DNA from: Phoronis australis
Taxonomy: Eukaryota; Animalia; Phoronida
Reading direction: 5' to 3'
Assembly: GCA_002633005.1 (NCBI GenBank)
Contig: NMRA01000128.1
Span: 150,051-214,050 of the forward strand
Length of the DNA: 64,000 nt
The notes under the pieces were generated by a model, which saw only the letters and a program-made list of their open reading frames with translations, had not been told where the DNA came from and made no database searches. A program made the translations under genes and the position numbers. Every line of letters begins with the position of its first letter. Position 1 is the stretch's first letter. Below are positions 39,819 to 53,255 of the stretch, in pieces.

Positions 39819-42800
39819 ATGCCTCCTAAACCATCAAGTGGAAAAGCTCCGAAAGGAGGTAAAAAGTCGGAATTTAAAGATAAAGAGAAGCCTACACAGA
39901 TTAGGTACAGCAACATCACTGCTGCCAAAGGTAGGGTACAGTAGGCTTGCAGTGTTTTTTGTTGATGTGTATGACAGCACCATGTGACAAAATACAAGCG
40001 ACAAACCATATACGAAATTCGTTCGGTGTGTCGTTATTTTATAAACTGCTAGTTCTTTCTAGAATGTTCCCCTCGGAGTCTGATAGAAAGGTCAAGGTCG
40101 CGCACGTTATGCCATTGCCAGTGGCATTATTCTTTTAGAAAAATACATCTTTATTGTACCGAGATTCAAACTGGGTATCTTTAGGGTAACTGGAAAACGA
40201 TTTAGAGAGGCTTTATTTGTTTGCTACAGTTGACACAACCCGAAACCAGTCACTAATTACTGGCCACTGCTATTCAAAATGCTGGCTGTGCTTGCAGTTT
40301 TTGCAAGCGGCAGTTGTCAAAGAAATTTGACGAAATGTAGAATGTGCGACCTTCACAATAGTTTAAAATATACCTGGATTATAAAATGTCTACCCTCCTC
40401 TGTTCTAGTCACATTTCCTGCACAATAATTAACAACCCAAAATTAAAGAAATTTGTCGTTAAAAAAAACCTGCAAAATGGCGACTTCCACGTTAGTTTTC
40501 AGTTCAGCCAGATTAAGAATTCGAGAGTCGGTCTCGTTTCTAAATCAACCAATGGCATTCAAGTACAAACGAGGTCATTAGATTAACTGTTGACATCTTT
40601 TCTCAAATTACGACATCAACTTGCTGCAGTATACTCAGCGACAAGATGGTGTCCTGAGCAAGGCATGAGTGTGGAAAATGTTGACATTTTGGCATGTATT
40701 GCCGATTTCCTTCATTAAATAACTTTTTCTGTTTAAGTTAAGAACTGGTACTGTATTTTTCTTCATTCAGACCTTGCAACTGTACGTTTTTAATTTCCAA
40801 TATTTGGGCAAAACTGTGTTGCATGGATTAACAACCTTGTGGAGCCTTTCCATGCGCTACTGGCGGGCGCGGTAAAAATGGGAACCCACACTCTAGCGTT
40901 ATCAACAAGAGTGTTGTGTCTACCAAACTCATCCCTGGTCTTCCACTTTGAACTTTCAATGTTTGTCTGGTGTTAGCTGCATGTCAATTTCTCCTATTTT
41001 TGTTTTAGCGGTAGCAGATGCAATCCGCACCAGTTTGGGTCCTCGTGGTATGGACAAAATGGTAGGATTTATTAATTAATTTGTTATTCAACATTTGGAG
41101 TGCTTGATTTTAAAGGGTGATCTACGCACTGTACGTTACTACCATAAGCAGAAATAAACAAGGGCATGGTGAATTGTGTATAGTTTAAGCGTGTACGAGT
41201 TTTCGCACATTTTCTATTTTATATTGTTAACTAGCCGTTACGGGTAGCAGCTAGGGGGAAACGCCGAGGGGAAATAGCTACACCTAAGAGTGAACCAAGT
41301 GTTCATCGCAAGAAACAGGAATGTTGCTAAAGAGACCGTGTTCAAAGCTTCAAGCAGAATTTCTGTCACTGTCAGATATTAGTAAGCAAGGTGTGCGGCT
41401 GCGGGATTTTTTCCCTAAGCAGTACAAATTTATTTCCAGAACATTTGATCTTGCCGTAACATTCACTTTGCCTGTTACAGCCGTTCATAGAAGTAAAAAA
41501 ATTATTAAACGTTAACAAAGGAAAATCTGTCGTCGTGCATACTCGTGACACGCTCACGTAGGCCTACGCGTCATTTCCTAAAACTCTGCGATATCTTTCG
41601 AGAGTTAGTTCTGAAATTGGGTTTTCTGGTATTAAAATGTTAAAAACTTGTAACTTGTAATGAAATGAAACCACTTCCGATTGTTAAGAACTGTACGCAA
41701 CCTCGCTGTTGGTTGAAGAACATGGAAATTGGCCAATAGGTGATGCAATGGTGCCCAAAGAGTGCATGGCGATTTTAGCAGCAGAATAACTGAAGAACGC
41801 CAATGTTCCAACACCCGTGTAAATAATTTAGTTGACTCAAGGAAAAATAAACAATTTTTAGTGAGGTATCATTAATTTGGGCAGCGACAGGCCCTAGGAA
41901 TTGTGTACTTGACAAAAGCCGGAGGGAGTGAAATTAAACCGACGGAGTGACGTCACCCAGGCCGTTGAGCCGATCGACTGATGTCACCAAGGCCAATACG
42001 AAGCTGGCCGCCCTCCCTCCGCGTCAGTGAAAAAACGGCCCGCGAGAAAAATATAGGACACCTCGAATCCTAATAGGGGCCCAGTGCAATACATGGGACC
42101 AAGACGGTGCCGAAACGGGTGCAGCGAAGGTCTGTAGTGGAGCGGGGGAGACGGAGTTTGTGAAAATCATGCATTTTATATATTAGATATTCCTGTGATG
42201 AATGAAGCAGTCTGAAGATCCGAGTAGATGTGATCTTTACTGGGAAATTACGTTCAAGTCTACCTGTAGCAGACAGGACTTTGATTCGCCTGTTGGAAGG
42301 AATGCAACTCAAACTGGTTAAAAACACCAGTACTTTATACAGTACTGTTTGTCAACAAACATATAATACTTATGTCATTGACAATTTTTAACTAAAGTTT
42401 ACGTGAAATAATATAATCAGAGTCCTACTTAAACACAGGCTATAGGTATCATGGCCCCTATTTTGCCAATTCTGCTTGTAGATTGGGAGTACAAAAATAG
42501 TTCAAATAATATTTAGTTTTCTTTCAAACTCATGAAAAGCTTTATGCATCTTGGTGCTGCTTCAAGTTTCAACTTTGGAATATAACTGCAAATTAATTAG
42601 TATATGCACAAAGTGGGCTAATGAGCTAGAGGAGCTACTGACTACTGTTGAAATTTTGCATTTGTTAATGTTGCTTGTTTTGTACAGATTCAAAGTGGCT
42701 CTGGAGACGTGACGATCACCAATGACGGTGCAACGATTTTGAAAGAAATGCAAGTTTTCCATCCAGCAGCCAAAATGGTATGTTTCCAATAGATAAACTG

Positions 42801-45800
42801 CTCTGTTGTTTGTTTAAGACTGTGTTGTTTGTGGTGTTTGACTATTAAGAATCCAAAAGTCTCTAAAACATAATTGGACCCACTTTTCATGAACCTGAAA
42901 AAGGGGCACTAACATTTATTACAACAGAACCAATAGTTAGGAGCTGGAAGATAATAACTGTTGTGTAATTTAAATTCAGCACTTTTCTTGGCCACTGTTT
43001 GACTGTATCTGCTGTCATATCATCGGCTGTTTATCCACATGTTGATCTTGTTTTGCTGTCGTTTTGTTGTTTTGCTTGTATTTTTACACTCTATCCGGAA
43101 CATTTCAGAATGGTGATACTTAACACTTTTAAAATGATGTTGCCGTCAGTGCCTGTAATGGTCGTCGTCTGCTCTGAAGATTGGTTACTGTGTTTTTCCA
43201 TGCCATGTACGTGTAACCGATTATTTCCAGCTTGTTGAGTTGTCGAAGGCTCAAGACATTGAAGCTGGTGATGGTACAACCTCCGTCTGTGTCATTGCTG
43301 GTAGTCTGTTGGATGCCAGTGCCAAGCTCCTCAACAAAGGTGAGTCAGTTGCCTGTATATCTGTGTAGATATAGTATTCAGCCACGTCTGCTGTGTGGTC
43401 TAGTGTCAGGGCCGAGTTGTATTACTTTGCAAGTCTATAAGATTTCGCCACGCTTTACGAGTAGAGTACATGATCATACTAGCTTTTGCCTGTGAGTGTG
43501 TTACAAAGTATAACGACTCGGGTGCAACACAAGGTCACTGACATATCTCTGAATGAAGCTGGAAATGTCTAAGTTAGAAGCAGCCGTTGTTTTTGCACTA
43601 GGCTGTTTCAGCTTGCACAGTTTCTGCATATATTAATTTGTGTGAACTTTGGCCTTGTAGAAAGTTTCATCAAGACCTTTTTTTTACACGTTTTAATCAT
43701 TTCTCTGCCTCTAAGTGTTTGATCATTACTATCCAGTCTTCTCTATAGCCTGTTTTGACTCTTTGGAGTGGTGATTTTTGATTTTGTTCTGATGAGTGTG
43801 GTCATCTGAAGCTGATTGAAAAAAAAAAAGAATCCGAGTTTGAACTCGTGGAAATTCACCCCTTGATTTGTTTAACATTTCACGAGTCCTTTCAAGTTTC
43901 CTTTATGAAGAACCACTGCTATCATTGAAACATTGTAGCGTAGCCTCCAATCTTGGCATGTCACTTCCTATTTGATGGATTGATGTGAATAATGATGGAA
44001 GGTAGATTATGGGTGAGGGTCTTCGGTGCTAGGACTGTGCTGTGTTCTAGATCCTTCCTCTGACCTCACAACATGCTAAAAAGACATTTCTTATTTATTC
44101 GAAGTACAATTAATCTAATACATTAACTTTAGCTTTTCAACATTTTTCATTTGCTGTGTGACAGCTTCTGGGTTTAGCGAGTTCATGACTTTGTACTTGA
44201 TGAAAGGTTGAGTGCACAAGGGGGTGTTATTTCTATGAATTCTTATGTGAGGTGAGGCTTAAGTTGCTGTGTAGCTTAATTGTCTATTGAATTTGTCTCC
44301 TGGGTGAAAGTGGAGCTTTAGCTGCAAAGTTACTGTTTCTTTAGTTTGTTCTTGTTGGAAACAACCATTTTATAGAACTGTCTGTGTTAAAGATTCTATT
44401 TTGAATATGCAAATGAGTACTAGTTTACAAAGAACCCCGGGTCTTCCGGTGTGCCGGAAACCATCTGCAAACCATTTACCATTACAATCTCACGAATGTC
44501 TTGTTTTGCGAGACTATTTTAATGTAAATGAGTATGGTAATATGTCATCGTTACCCTAAGGCACTGTTTTTATGATTTTTCATTTCACTATCAAGTAATA
44601 TTGGAATTACTAGGGTCTTCTACATACTCACACTCGCACTTGTTTTTTTTTTAAAAAACAAGTTAAAAGTGTATCAGTTGTGGTGTTTTCTTTAAAACCG
44701 CAGTTTCTTTACAAATTGTTTCTTTTCGTGATTATACTTGTACACACAATTCTCCAGGAGATCACTAGGTGACACTTGCTACAAATTTAAATTTTCACGT
44801 AGCGTCTTCAAGCAAATCTCTGACTTGCACACATCTAATTTATATTTTTTCCACATCGCTTTATAGAACTAGAACATCTGCAGTGTTATCCTCAACCTGT
44901 TTTAGTTCGTTACTGTGTCGAGTGTGAATTTTGTCATGACTAGTTTGGTTTACTTGAATGATTCAAGTTTGAAAACGTATGCAACGAGTTTGAAGTACTG
45001 GGAGAGTCATTTCTCAAGCAAATCGGGATATTTTGGATGTTTGGTACCAGTTCAATACATTTATACCAAGACTTAACACACAAACTCCCCACAGTATGGA
45101 CATGGACTTTCTAACACGTACATGAATTGTGTAACTCCAGTTGAGTTTGAATTTTCTGTAGAAGAGAACACTGGCCTATTTGTTAACGAAAATACAATGC
45201 AACAGGCTTAAATATGTGATGGTGCATCCGAGTGACTCACACATGCTCTTTGGCAGGCATTCATCCAACAACGGTCTCCGACGCCTTCCAGCAAGCTGCA
45301 GCCAAGTCTGTGGAGATACTGGAGCAGATGTCAACACCACTAGAACTAACAGACAGGGAGTCACTCCTGAAGAGTGCCTCAACGTCACTCAATTCAAAGG
45401 TGAGATGTCTGGTGATTAGCTTCTAACTGAAGGCATTACTATAGTGTTGTAATCAGAGCTGGGATTGTGTTGAGGATAGTACGGATTCGTTTTGTGTGAT
45501 ATAACTAGGTGATTGTTTGCAAAGTACCATTGAAACAGCATGGTGATGGTTAAGCAAAATAGTTATTAAATTAGCTTGAAGCTAGGTGGCATATTAAGTT
45601 TCACTGTGTGTCTTGAAATTGACTTGCAATCATTGTGCAGCATGCGGTTGTGTGTAATTGACCTATCTGCATCACTTGACTTGAAGTGGGTGTTGTGCTT
45701 TTTGCATTTTCAGGTGGTGTCGCAGTATTCGTCTAGTCTATCGCCGATAGCAGTGGACGCTGTCCTCCGAGTCATTGACCCGACTGCGGCTAATAATGTT

Positions 45801-48800
45801 GATCTGACTGATATTAAAGTCATGAAGCGACTTGGGTGAGTGATCAACTGAGCACTCAGATCAAGTTGTTTTTGAGTACTGATGTTAATAGTAGTACCAA
45901 TGACCCTAATATTTGTAATGGTAATATCACATTATGTCACCACTACTAATTGCGAGTTGAGCATGTTGTTTTTACATTATTTTGTCAACTTTTTACAAAA
46001 TCAGTGTAAATAGTCTCTCCCTCTAGGACCACTTACACATTTCCAAGAACAGCATTCTTTTCTCACATACTCAGTTCTTTTCTCACATACTCAGTTCTTT
46101 TCTCGTTCACTCTAACCACAAACATATCTTTCAGCACGAGACATGACCCACATCTGTACTGCATTGTTTTGTATAGAAATTGTTTTTTGTTAGTTTAACT
46201 CTGGCAGTAAGATATTTAACTGCAACTGAAAATTATTTTTGTATCAGTTTGCTTTCTGTTCTTCATCCAGTGGTACAGTTGAAGACACAGAACTCATAGA
46301 CGGTCTAGTGTTCCCTCAGAAGACATCTGGTGCTGGAGGACCAAATAAAGTGTCTAATGCCAAAATTGGATTCATACAGTTTTGCTTGTCTCCACCCAAG
46401 ACAGATGTAAGTTCAATGCCGTGTCTAAAACGTTTTTAATAGAGATTCGTTGTCGTATATGTTCGGTAATGGCTTTGTTAGTTTTGCATTATCATGTTTT
46501 CCATGCTTAGTGGTGGAGGAAATCAGAGGCTAAGTAATTGGTAACCTTGCAGGGCCCTCGATTTTTGGGGCCAAACATCGGCTCCGTTCCCCTTTGAAAA
46601 ATATTGAAAAATCACACAAAATACCCCTCGTGATGCCCAAAAGTCCCTCTCGAGTGATTGAAAAATACCCCTTCAGGTTCGAATCACTTGTAGCTCACCA
46701 AGTGGCAATTCGAAAGAGCACAAAAAGTTAAATTTGGTTTCTTGATGCAGAGCCTATGAGGGCTTACAACAGAGGTGGGGGTGCTTTTCAGGGCTTGGAA
46801 TTTTCCGTGGAAACGCGGATTTCCACTTTTTTCAAATGTCCGTTCCGCGCAATTTATTATATTTCCGCGTAAATAAAATCGGATTTGATATAAAATTTCC
46901 GCGGCAAATTCCTTTCATACTGCGGCGTTGCCGACGACGTTCACCTCGAAAAGCGGAAGTTGCTCTTTATGTTTCGGAGGAACGTAAATTGTCAACATTG
47001 CCGGGGCATCTGGGATAGCGTGGTGGGATTTTCAATGGCGTCTCGTGTGATTGTAAACCGCGGTGACAAATGCTACGGCTCTGCAACCAAAAATGTGTGG
47101 GGGTGGGAGTGGAGGAGTNCATCGACAATTTCAAGGCTGGGTAGCGCGCATGTTTTGGAAATTTGGGCCGTAAAAGTTTCCGCGCTTTTTGTCATTGGTC
47201 ATTCCAAGCCCTGGCTATTGATGGCCATTGGGGGGGGGGGTAGAATTTTCTGCTCACCCCAAAAATACCCTCAGAAAGTACAAGCAACTTTCCACTTAGG
47301 TGATCGAGGGCCCTGCCTTGGCAACGGACTTAAAGAGTGATTGACGTTGTCATGTCTCCCATAAGAGTTGTATTAATATGTGTAAGATTTGAAACTCTCC
47401 AATCCTTATCTTTGTCAGTTTCTTGTTTGTCTCCAAATTGTTTTTTGTGGTTACTAAATAAGTGGAGATTGGCTTCTGGTGTGATAACAGAACTGAATTT
47501 TTCCCTGAAGTGTGAGTAAAAGTTACAGTGATCATGTATTTAGCTTGTCAATACTTGGTGATGAGTTGCCAAAGTTTGTAACATCAGCAGTCTCACACAT
47601 CACGAGCCATGTTTGAATTGAAACAAGAGCCCCCTTTTGTTTTTCAGATGGAAAATCAGGTGATCATTTCTGATTACGCTCAGATGGACCGAGTGATGAA
47701 AGAAGAACGAAAGTATATTCTCGACATAGTCAAACAGATCAAAAAGGCTGGCTGTAATGTACTACTTATACAAAAGTCCATTCTTAGGTATGTTTTGTCC
47801 ACCACACTATGGTTGTTCTTACATTTGAGTTGTAAACTTGATATCAAATGGTAAATTGCTTTTCACGGCCTGACATGGCAATATTATTTCACCAATGTAT
47901 ACATACATACATACACATATACATACATGGAGTCGGTTACATGATCTTGTATGCAGCTGTTGTGTTAAGATAAAATGAGCTTTCTTTTGGTAAAGAAATA
48001 ACAAAGTGTCGTGTAGGGGATTGGGTCAACTTTTGTGTTGTTTTGCAGGGATGCCATCAATGATTTGGCAATGCACTTTTTGGCCAAGATGAAGATCATG
48101 GTGGTCAAAGATATTGAACGAGAAGATGTTGAATTTGTTTGTAAGGTAAGTTGTCAAGCAAACCACATTTTAGTGAAACAGTCCCAAGTTTGTTGTACAT
48201 GATTGTGTTATGATTACTGTCAATGTTTGTTTAATTTAGGCCTCCAATCTTGGCATGTCACTTCCTGTTTGGTGGATTGATGTGAATAATGATGGAAGGT
48301 AGATTATGGGTGAGGGTCTTCGGTGCTAGGACTGTGCAGTGTTCTAGATCCTTCCTCTGACCTCACAACACGTTTAAAAAGACTTCCCTTGGTGCTTTGT
48401 AATGCAGTTACCTCAAGGCTTGGAATTTTCCACGGAAACGCGGATTTCCGCTTTTTTCAAATGTTCTATCTGCGCATTTTATTATATTTCCGCGTAAAAT
48501 AAAATCGGATTTGACATAAAATTTCCGCGGCAAATTCCTTTCTTACCGCGGCGTTGTTGACGACGTTCACCTCGAAAAGCAGAAGTTGCTCTTTGTGTTT
48601 TGGAGGAATGTAAATTGTCAACATTGCCGGGGCATCTGGGATAGCGTGGTGGGATTTTCAATGGCGTCTCGTGTGATTGTAAACCGCGGTGACAAATACT
48701 ACGGCTCTGCAGCCAAAAATGTGTGGGGGTAGGAGTGGACGGACGAGCTAAAAAGACGCAGACGCATGCTGCTGACGGTGTCGGAGAAAGGTTCACATCG

Positions 48801-51800
48801 ACTATTTCAAGGCTGGGTAGCGCGCATCTTTTGGGCCGTAGAAGTTTCCGCGTTTTTTGTCATTGGTCATTCCAAGCCCTGTTACTTTGTCACGCAGTTT
48901 GTGAATTTCATTGGAGTTGATACATAATTACACAGTTGCCCTTACTATAGAAATAGTGCGGTACCAGTTTGATCATGTTTGAGTTGGTTCATTTTTGATA
49001 CTACTATTGTTAGAGCAGTCTTCTTCGTTCCTGTTGTCACACTGTTTGTTACAAGTATTGTTTTATTGCAGAGTCTGTCGTGCAAGCCTATTGCCAGTCT
49101 AGATCACTTCCAGCCTGAAATGTTAGGTTCAGCAGAACTAGTAGAGGAAGTGCAAGCTGGCACTAGTAAAATTGTCAAGGTGAGTCTCATTCAAAGAGTG
49201 GACGCCTTCGGTATTTACATTGTTTCAAAACGCGAACATCAAGTTTAGAGTTGGAATGACTATCATGTAGCTCTTAAAGTGAAACTTATAGTCCATCACT
49301 CATACAGAAGGATGATATATCTCAACAGAACTGAGTTTTTGAAAATTGAAGTTACTGTAAACACGCCTTTTCTCAAAAATTAACGTTTGACTTAGGGAGC
49401 TTACTAATGTAAATCTGGTCTTAACTTGTTCGTTGTTCAGATTAGGTGGTTCGTGGGCTTTGACAGGGCAATTCATGGTTATGCATGGTCTCAACTTCCT
49501 GTTCCTCCGTAGCCCAGAACTCTTTCCTCATCAATGTATGTTAAGACCAGGTTGATAGCAGTGAGTGGTATAAGTCGAACGTTAGTTTTTTTTTGGTGGC
49601 TGAAGGTGGTTTTGTAGCGACTGTGGACCAGTCTGGCCTTGTCTGCATTGCACTGAGTGCTTATAGTGACCCACCCTGACCAGTCTGGCCTTGTCTGCAC
49701 TATGAGTCCTTACAATGATCCAGCCCCACAAACCAAATTGTTGATCCAAATTTCCATCAATAACCAGTAGCCAGTTCTTCCCTAGCCCACAAATCATTTC
49801 AAACCTGAGTTAAGAACAACCTGATATTCATTTCATAACTGTATGTAGTCTGATGAAATGTTATTATACTAGCTTCACGTGAAAAACTTTTCGAAAATAC
49901 CAGCATTTCAACCCAACAGATGCATTATCAGTGAAGGGGTCATTTTTTCCAGCAGTCATTTTTTTATTAATATCTGAATTGCTTTTAAAACAGAAATTGA
50001 TGGTGTGTTCACTGTCTGCAATGAATATGTTAACATAGTGATAAAACGGTCCTTTCCTGGTGCACGTTTTCTTCGAAGTAAGCGGTCTGGCTACAAAAGT
50101 GCTTAAGAAAGCCACACTACAGGCATTTTTGCCTTGGGCAAAGACAACGTTAAGCCGTTTTATTTAACAGGGCTCTGGTTTATCTGCAGAAGTCAAGGGT
50201 TTAGAGCAGTTTTTCAATAGAAGACGCAGTGGTGTTCTCATTCTTGCTGTCTCCTCATGCTTCTCATGTTGTATTATTACAGATCACTGGTGTGGCCAAC
50301 CCTGGTCGAGCTGTCTCCATTCTGGTGAGAGGCTCCAACAAGCTGGTGTTGGAGGAGGCTGACCGCTCCATACACGACGCCCTCTGTGTCATCCGGTGTC
50401 TTGTCAAGAAAAGGTGAGCTGTCTGTTATATTGAAATCTGAAGGTGGATACTCTGAATTCACCGTGAGTGTTTTATCGCCCATTCATGTTTTGGCTGTGT
50501 TAGGTAATTTGTTAATGGTCAAATGTGCAACTGTTTGTTCCTGGATATTACACTCTTTTTTTAACAGGATAATGTCAGTGTTGTTCCTCGCGTAGACCAG
50601 ATCACTGTAAGCACTCACTTATATTAGTGCTAGTATTATTCACCAAACCAGTAAATTGGAGTGGCATAAACAAGGATAATGAATTAACTTGTTTTCAGAT
50701 AGCAATTATTTCAGTTTTATTGTTGTAATAAAAGTGATCATTTCTCAAAATAAATAAATCCAAATGTTTTTTCTAAGACTAATTTGGGAGGTCTTATAGA
50801 AGGTTAGGGGCATTACTCACGTGCTACTAAGATATTAGTGAACATTTCTTAAATCTACTTTCTGACTGTCTAGTGCAAAATTCTAAAACTACTGACAAAA
50901 TCTTACTGGGCAACTTACTGGATCATATCAGGGTTAAGAGATATATGTTTACCTTGTTTATGTACCTGATAACTGACTGGATATGTCATGCTCTTGTTGA
51001 CGGAGATTGCAGTTGTATTCTGAATGTAAATTGGTGAGTATTTTGTGTTCCCTGTCGATGTCACAGAAGTGAAATAATACCATTATTAATCCAGCACCAA
51101 TTTTTTCTCTGAAGTTTCAATGCAGAAACGAATCGGCTGATTTTCTGCTGATTTGTTTTTTCCAATTTCTTTCACAATGTTTGCCACATTCTAACCACGT
51201 TTTTTTAATTTTCTACAGGGAAACTGAACCTCTATAAGATCAAGAATAGACAGTTGAATGGTAGACTTGGACAATATAATATTTGATTGCCAAAATAATT
51301 ACCTTTGAATTCTTAGATGGCTGTTAATCTCAAAAAATAAGTAATATATTGGAAAGTAGGTGGCAGTCAAGACTTCTCTGTCGCACTTGATGACATCTAC
51401 AGTACTTTCTTGAACATTCGTTTTATCAACTTAGTTCCTCTCAACCTTACTTCAATGTACATCGCATCTGTTTCTTCCAGGGCACTCATAGCCGGTGGTG
51501 GTGCTCCAGAGATAGAGTTGTCTTTGGGCTTGGCAAAGTACGCGCAAACTCTAGCAGGCATGGAGCAGTACTGCTTCCGGGCATTTGCCGAGGCCCTCGA
51601 GGTGATACCGTTCACGCTGGCTGAGAACGCCGGACTCAACCCCATTGCTACAGTTACTGATCTCAGGAACAGGCATGCCCAGGGTGAAAAGAATGCGGGG
51701 ATCAATGTCAGGAAGGTATGATTAAAAGTCATTGTTAAGGGTAAATTTTTATTACATTTGGTACTCAATAGTTGGTAATATGTTCGCTATGGAATTCCTA

Positions 51801-53255
51801 TTTGTTGGCTATTTTTTGTGCACTAAGTTTTGGTTCATGTTGGCCTCCAATCTTGGCATGTCACTTCCCGTGTGGTGGATTGATGTGAATAATGATGGAA
51901 GGCAGACTATGGGTGAGGGTCTTCGGTGCTAGGACTGTGCAGTGTTCTAGATCCTTCCTCTGACCTCACAACACGTTTGACTGTATGGTTAATGAGGTGT
52001 TCGTTAAATGTGAATATGAACAACGCTCAAGTTAATGTCATTTGCCAGGTTTTGGTCTGAAAGAAAACATTGTTGCTTTCAGTGTCTTTGCTCCGATCAG
52101 ACGTACGACCTTTCATAAAACGGGCTGCAGGATCCTCAAATTCAAACCCTGTGTTGTCACGATTACTTTTAACACTTCCCTTTTTTCTTAATTCTCCACA
52201 ATTTCAGATTTTAAATTGCAGTGGAGTGTTAGTGTTTGAGCTGTTTCAATTGTGCATGTATTGAAAAAAAATAATAAAACACCTTTAAAGAGTCATCTTC
52301 GAATTTTTTTTTATTGTTAGATGTGCTTGTGATACTTTGTAGGGCGCTATCACCAATATTCTAGAAGAGAACGTTGTGCAACCCCTCCTGGTGTCAACTA
52401 GCGCCGTAAGTCTGGCAGCTGAGACAGTCCGTAGTATCATGAAAATTGACGACATTGTAAGTTTTAGACTGCTTACTGACTTTAAAGGTGTAGTTGATTA
52501 TCTATCCTATAAAAGGAAGTCCTATGATTTTGAGGATGTACAATTAATCTTAAATATTTGATCTTTTCATTCTTCCATGAATCTTGTTTCAACTACCAAA
52601 AAATTATTGCTTTTTAGTGATTCCCTGTCATTTTGACTTATATCATGTATTTGAGAAACTTACGTATCCTTCTTGTCATTCAAAAGTTCAGGCTTGTGGC
52701 CGTCTTTAAGCCATGTGTGGTGTGAATGCTGGGAAACTGTTTTATTGGTGCCGTCAAGTCACATTACAATGAGCTCTGCTTAAAATGTTCTCTCGCTTGC
52801 AACCTTCCCTTCTGGAAGTCACATTTTTCTCGTACAGAATACCTTTTCTACACGTCATTTTTTTACTAAGGGACGCACTGTGCTTATGTTTGCAATGTAT
52901 CAATTTCGTTGTCCCATTTTGTGACTGTATCAACTTTACAGCAAACCAATGCATGCGAGTCTAAAAATTGATTACACGCAGACTCCTCGGTTTCATATTA
53001 GTTCGCAGCACATGATTTCTTACACGCGGTTGGACAGTTTCACATTAGAGAAATGGAGAGTGAACGGATCGATGATTTCTATTTTCTTGATTTGGTTACA
53101 ACAAACATGTTCCATTAGTCCCAGGGGTTTCTTTGTAGCAAGGTTCAACTGTAGTTTTGTGGTTAATAGTATCAGTCCTACAGGAAACCGAGGGGAAATT
53201 GTGTCATCTTTTTAATTTTACCTTTTCTGTGTTTCAGGTGAATACCATGCGTTAG
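39819..53255 (+). CDS. CCT4: T-complex protein 1 subunit delta (CCT/TRiC chaperonin), 535 aa, 14 exons
   Basis: Exons 39819-39930, 41009-41061 ([17 protein letters not shown]), 42688-42777 (TNDGATIL), 43231-43339 (AGDGTTSV), 45257-45399, 45714-45835, 46271-46406 ([11 protein letters not shown]), 47648-47787 ([15 protein letters not shown]), 48049-48145, 49072-49179, 50283-50413, 51481-51715, 52343-52456, 53238-53255. All are GT-AG and in phase (1608 nt). AATAAA at 53552. Confidence 0.97.
43943..44076 (+). ncRNA. Box H/ACA snoRNA copy 1 (SNORA57/U99-like 18S guide), CCT4 intron 4
   Basis: 134 nt: hairpin, H box (AGATTA), hairpin, ACA plus 3 nt. The 3' pocket GTCTTCG / CCTCTGAC is complementary to 18S GUCAGAGG-UU-CGAAGAC (18S sequence recalled). 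Confidence 0.85.
46550..47315. mobile_element. MITE (CAGGGCCCTCGAT TIR) carrying a nested second MITE at 46789-47213
   Basis: TIRs CAGGGCCCTCGAT and ATCGAGGGCCCTG with CCTTG duplicated on both sides. The inner element has TIRs CAGGGCTTGGAA and TTCCAAGCCCTG. Confidence 0.7.
48240..48373 (+). ncRNA. Box H/ACA snoRNA copy 2, CCT4 intron 9
   Basis: Near-identical to copy 1, differing only in the apical loops and the last nucleotides. Confidence 0.85.
48414..48881. mobile_element. MITE, second copy of the CAGGGCTTGGAA family
   Basis: Closely similar to 46789-47213. TIRs CAAGGCTTGGAA and TTCCAAGCCCTG, flanks TTACCT and TTACTT. Confidence 0.75.
51843..51976 (+). ncRNA. Box H/ACA snoRNA copy 3, CCT4 intron 12
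   Basis: Same structure. The H box AGACTA still fits ANANNA, and the basal G-U pair has become G-C. Confidence 0.85.

Noticed and set aside
49627-49700. Repeated GACCAGTCTGGCCTTGTCTGCA as another snoRNA
   Set aside because: It is a short direct duplication, with no convincing H/ACA or C/D architecture or rRNA complementarity.
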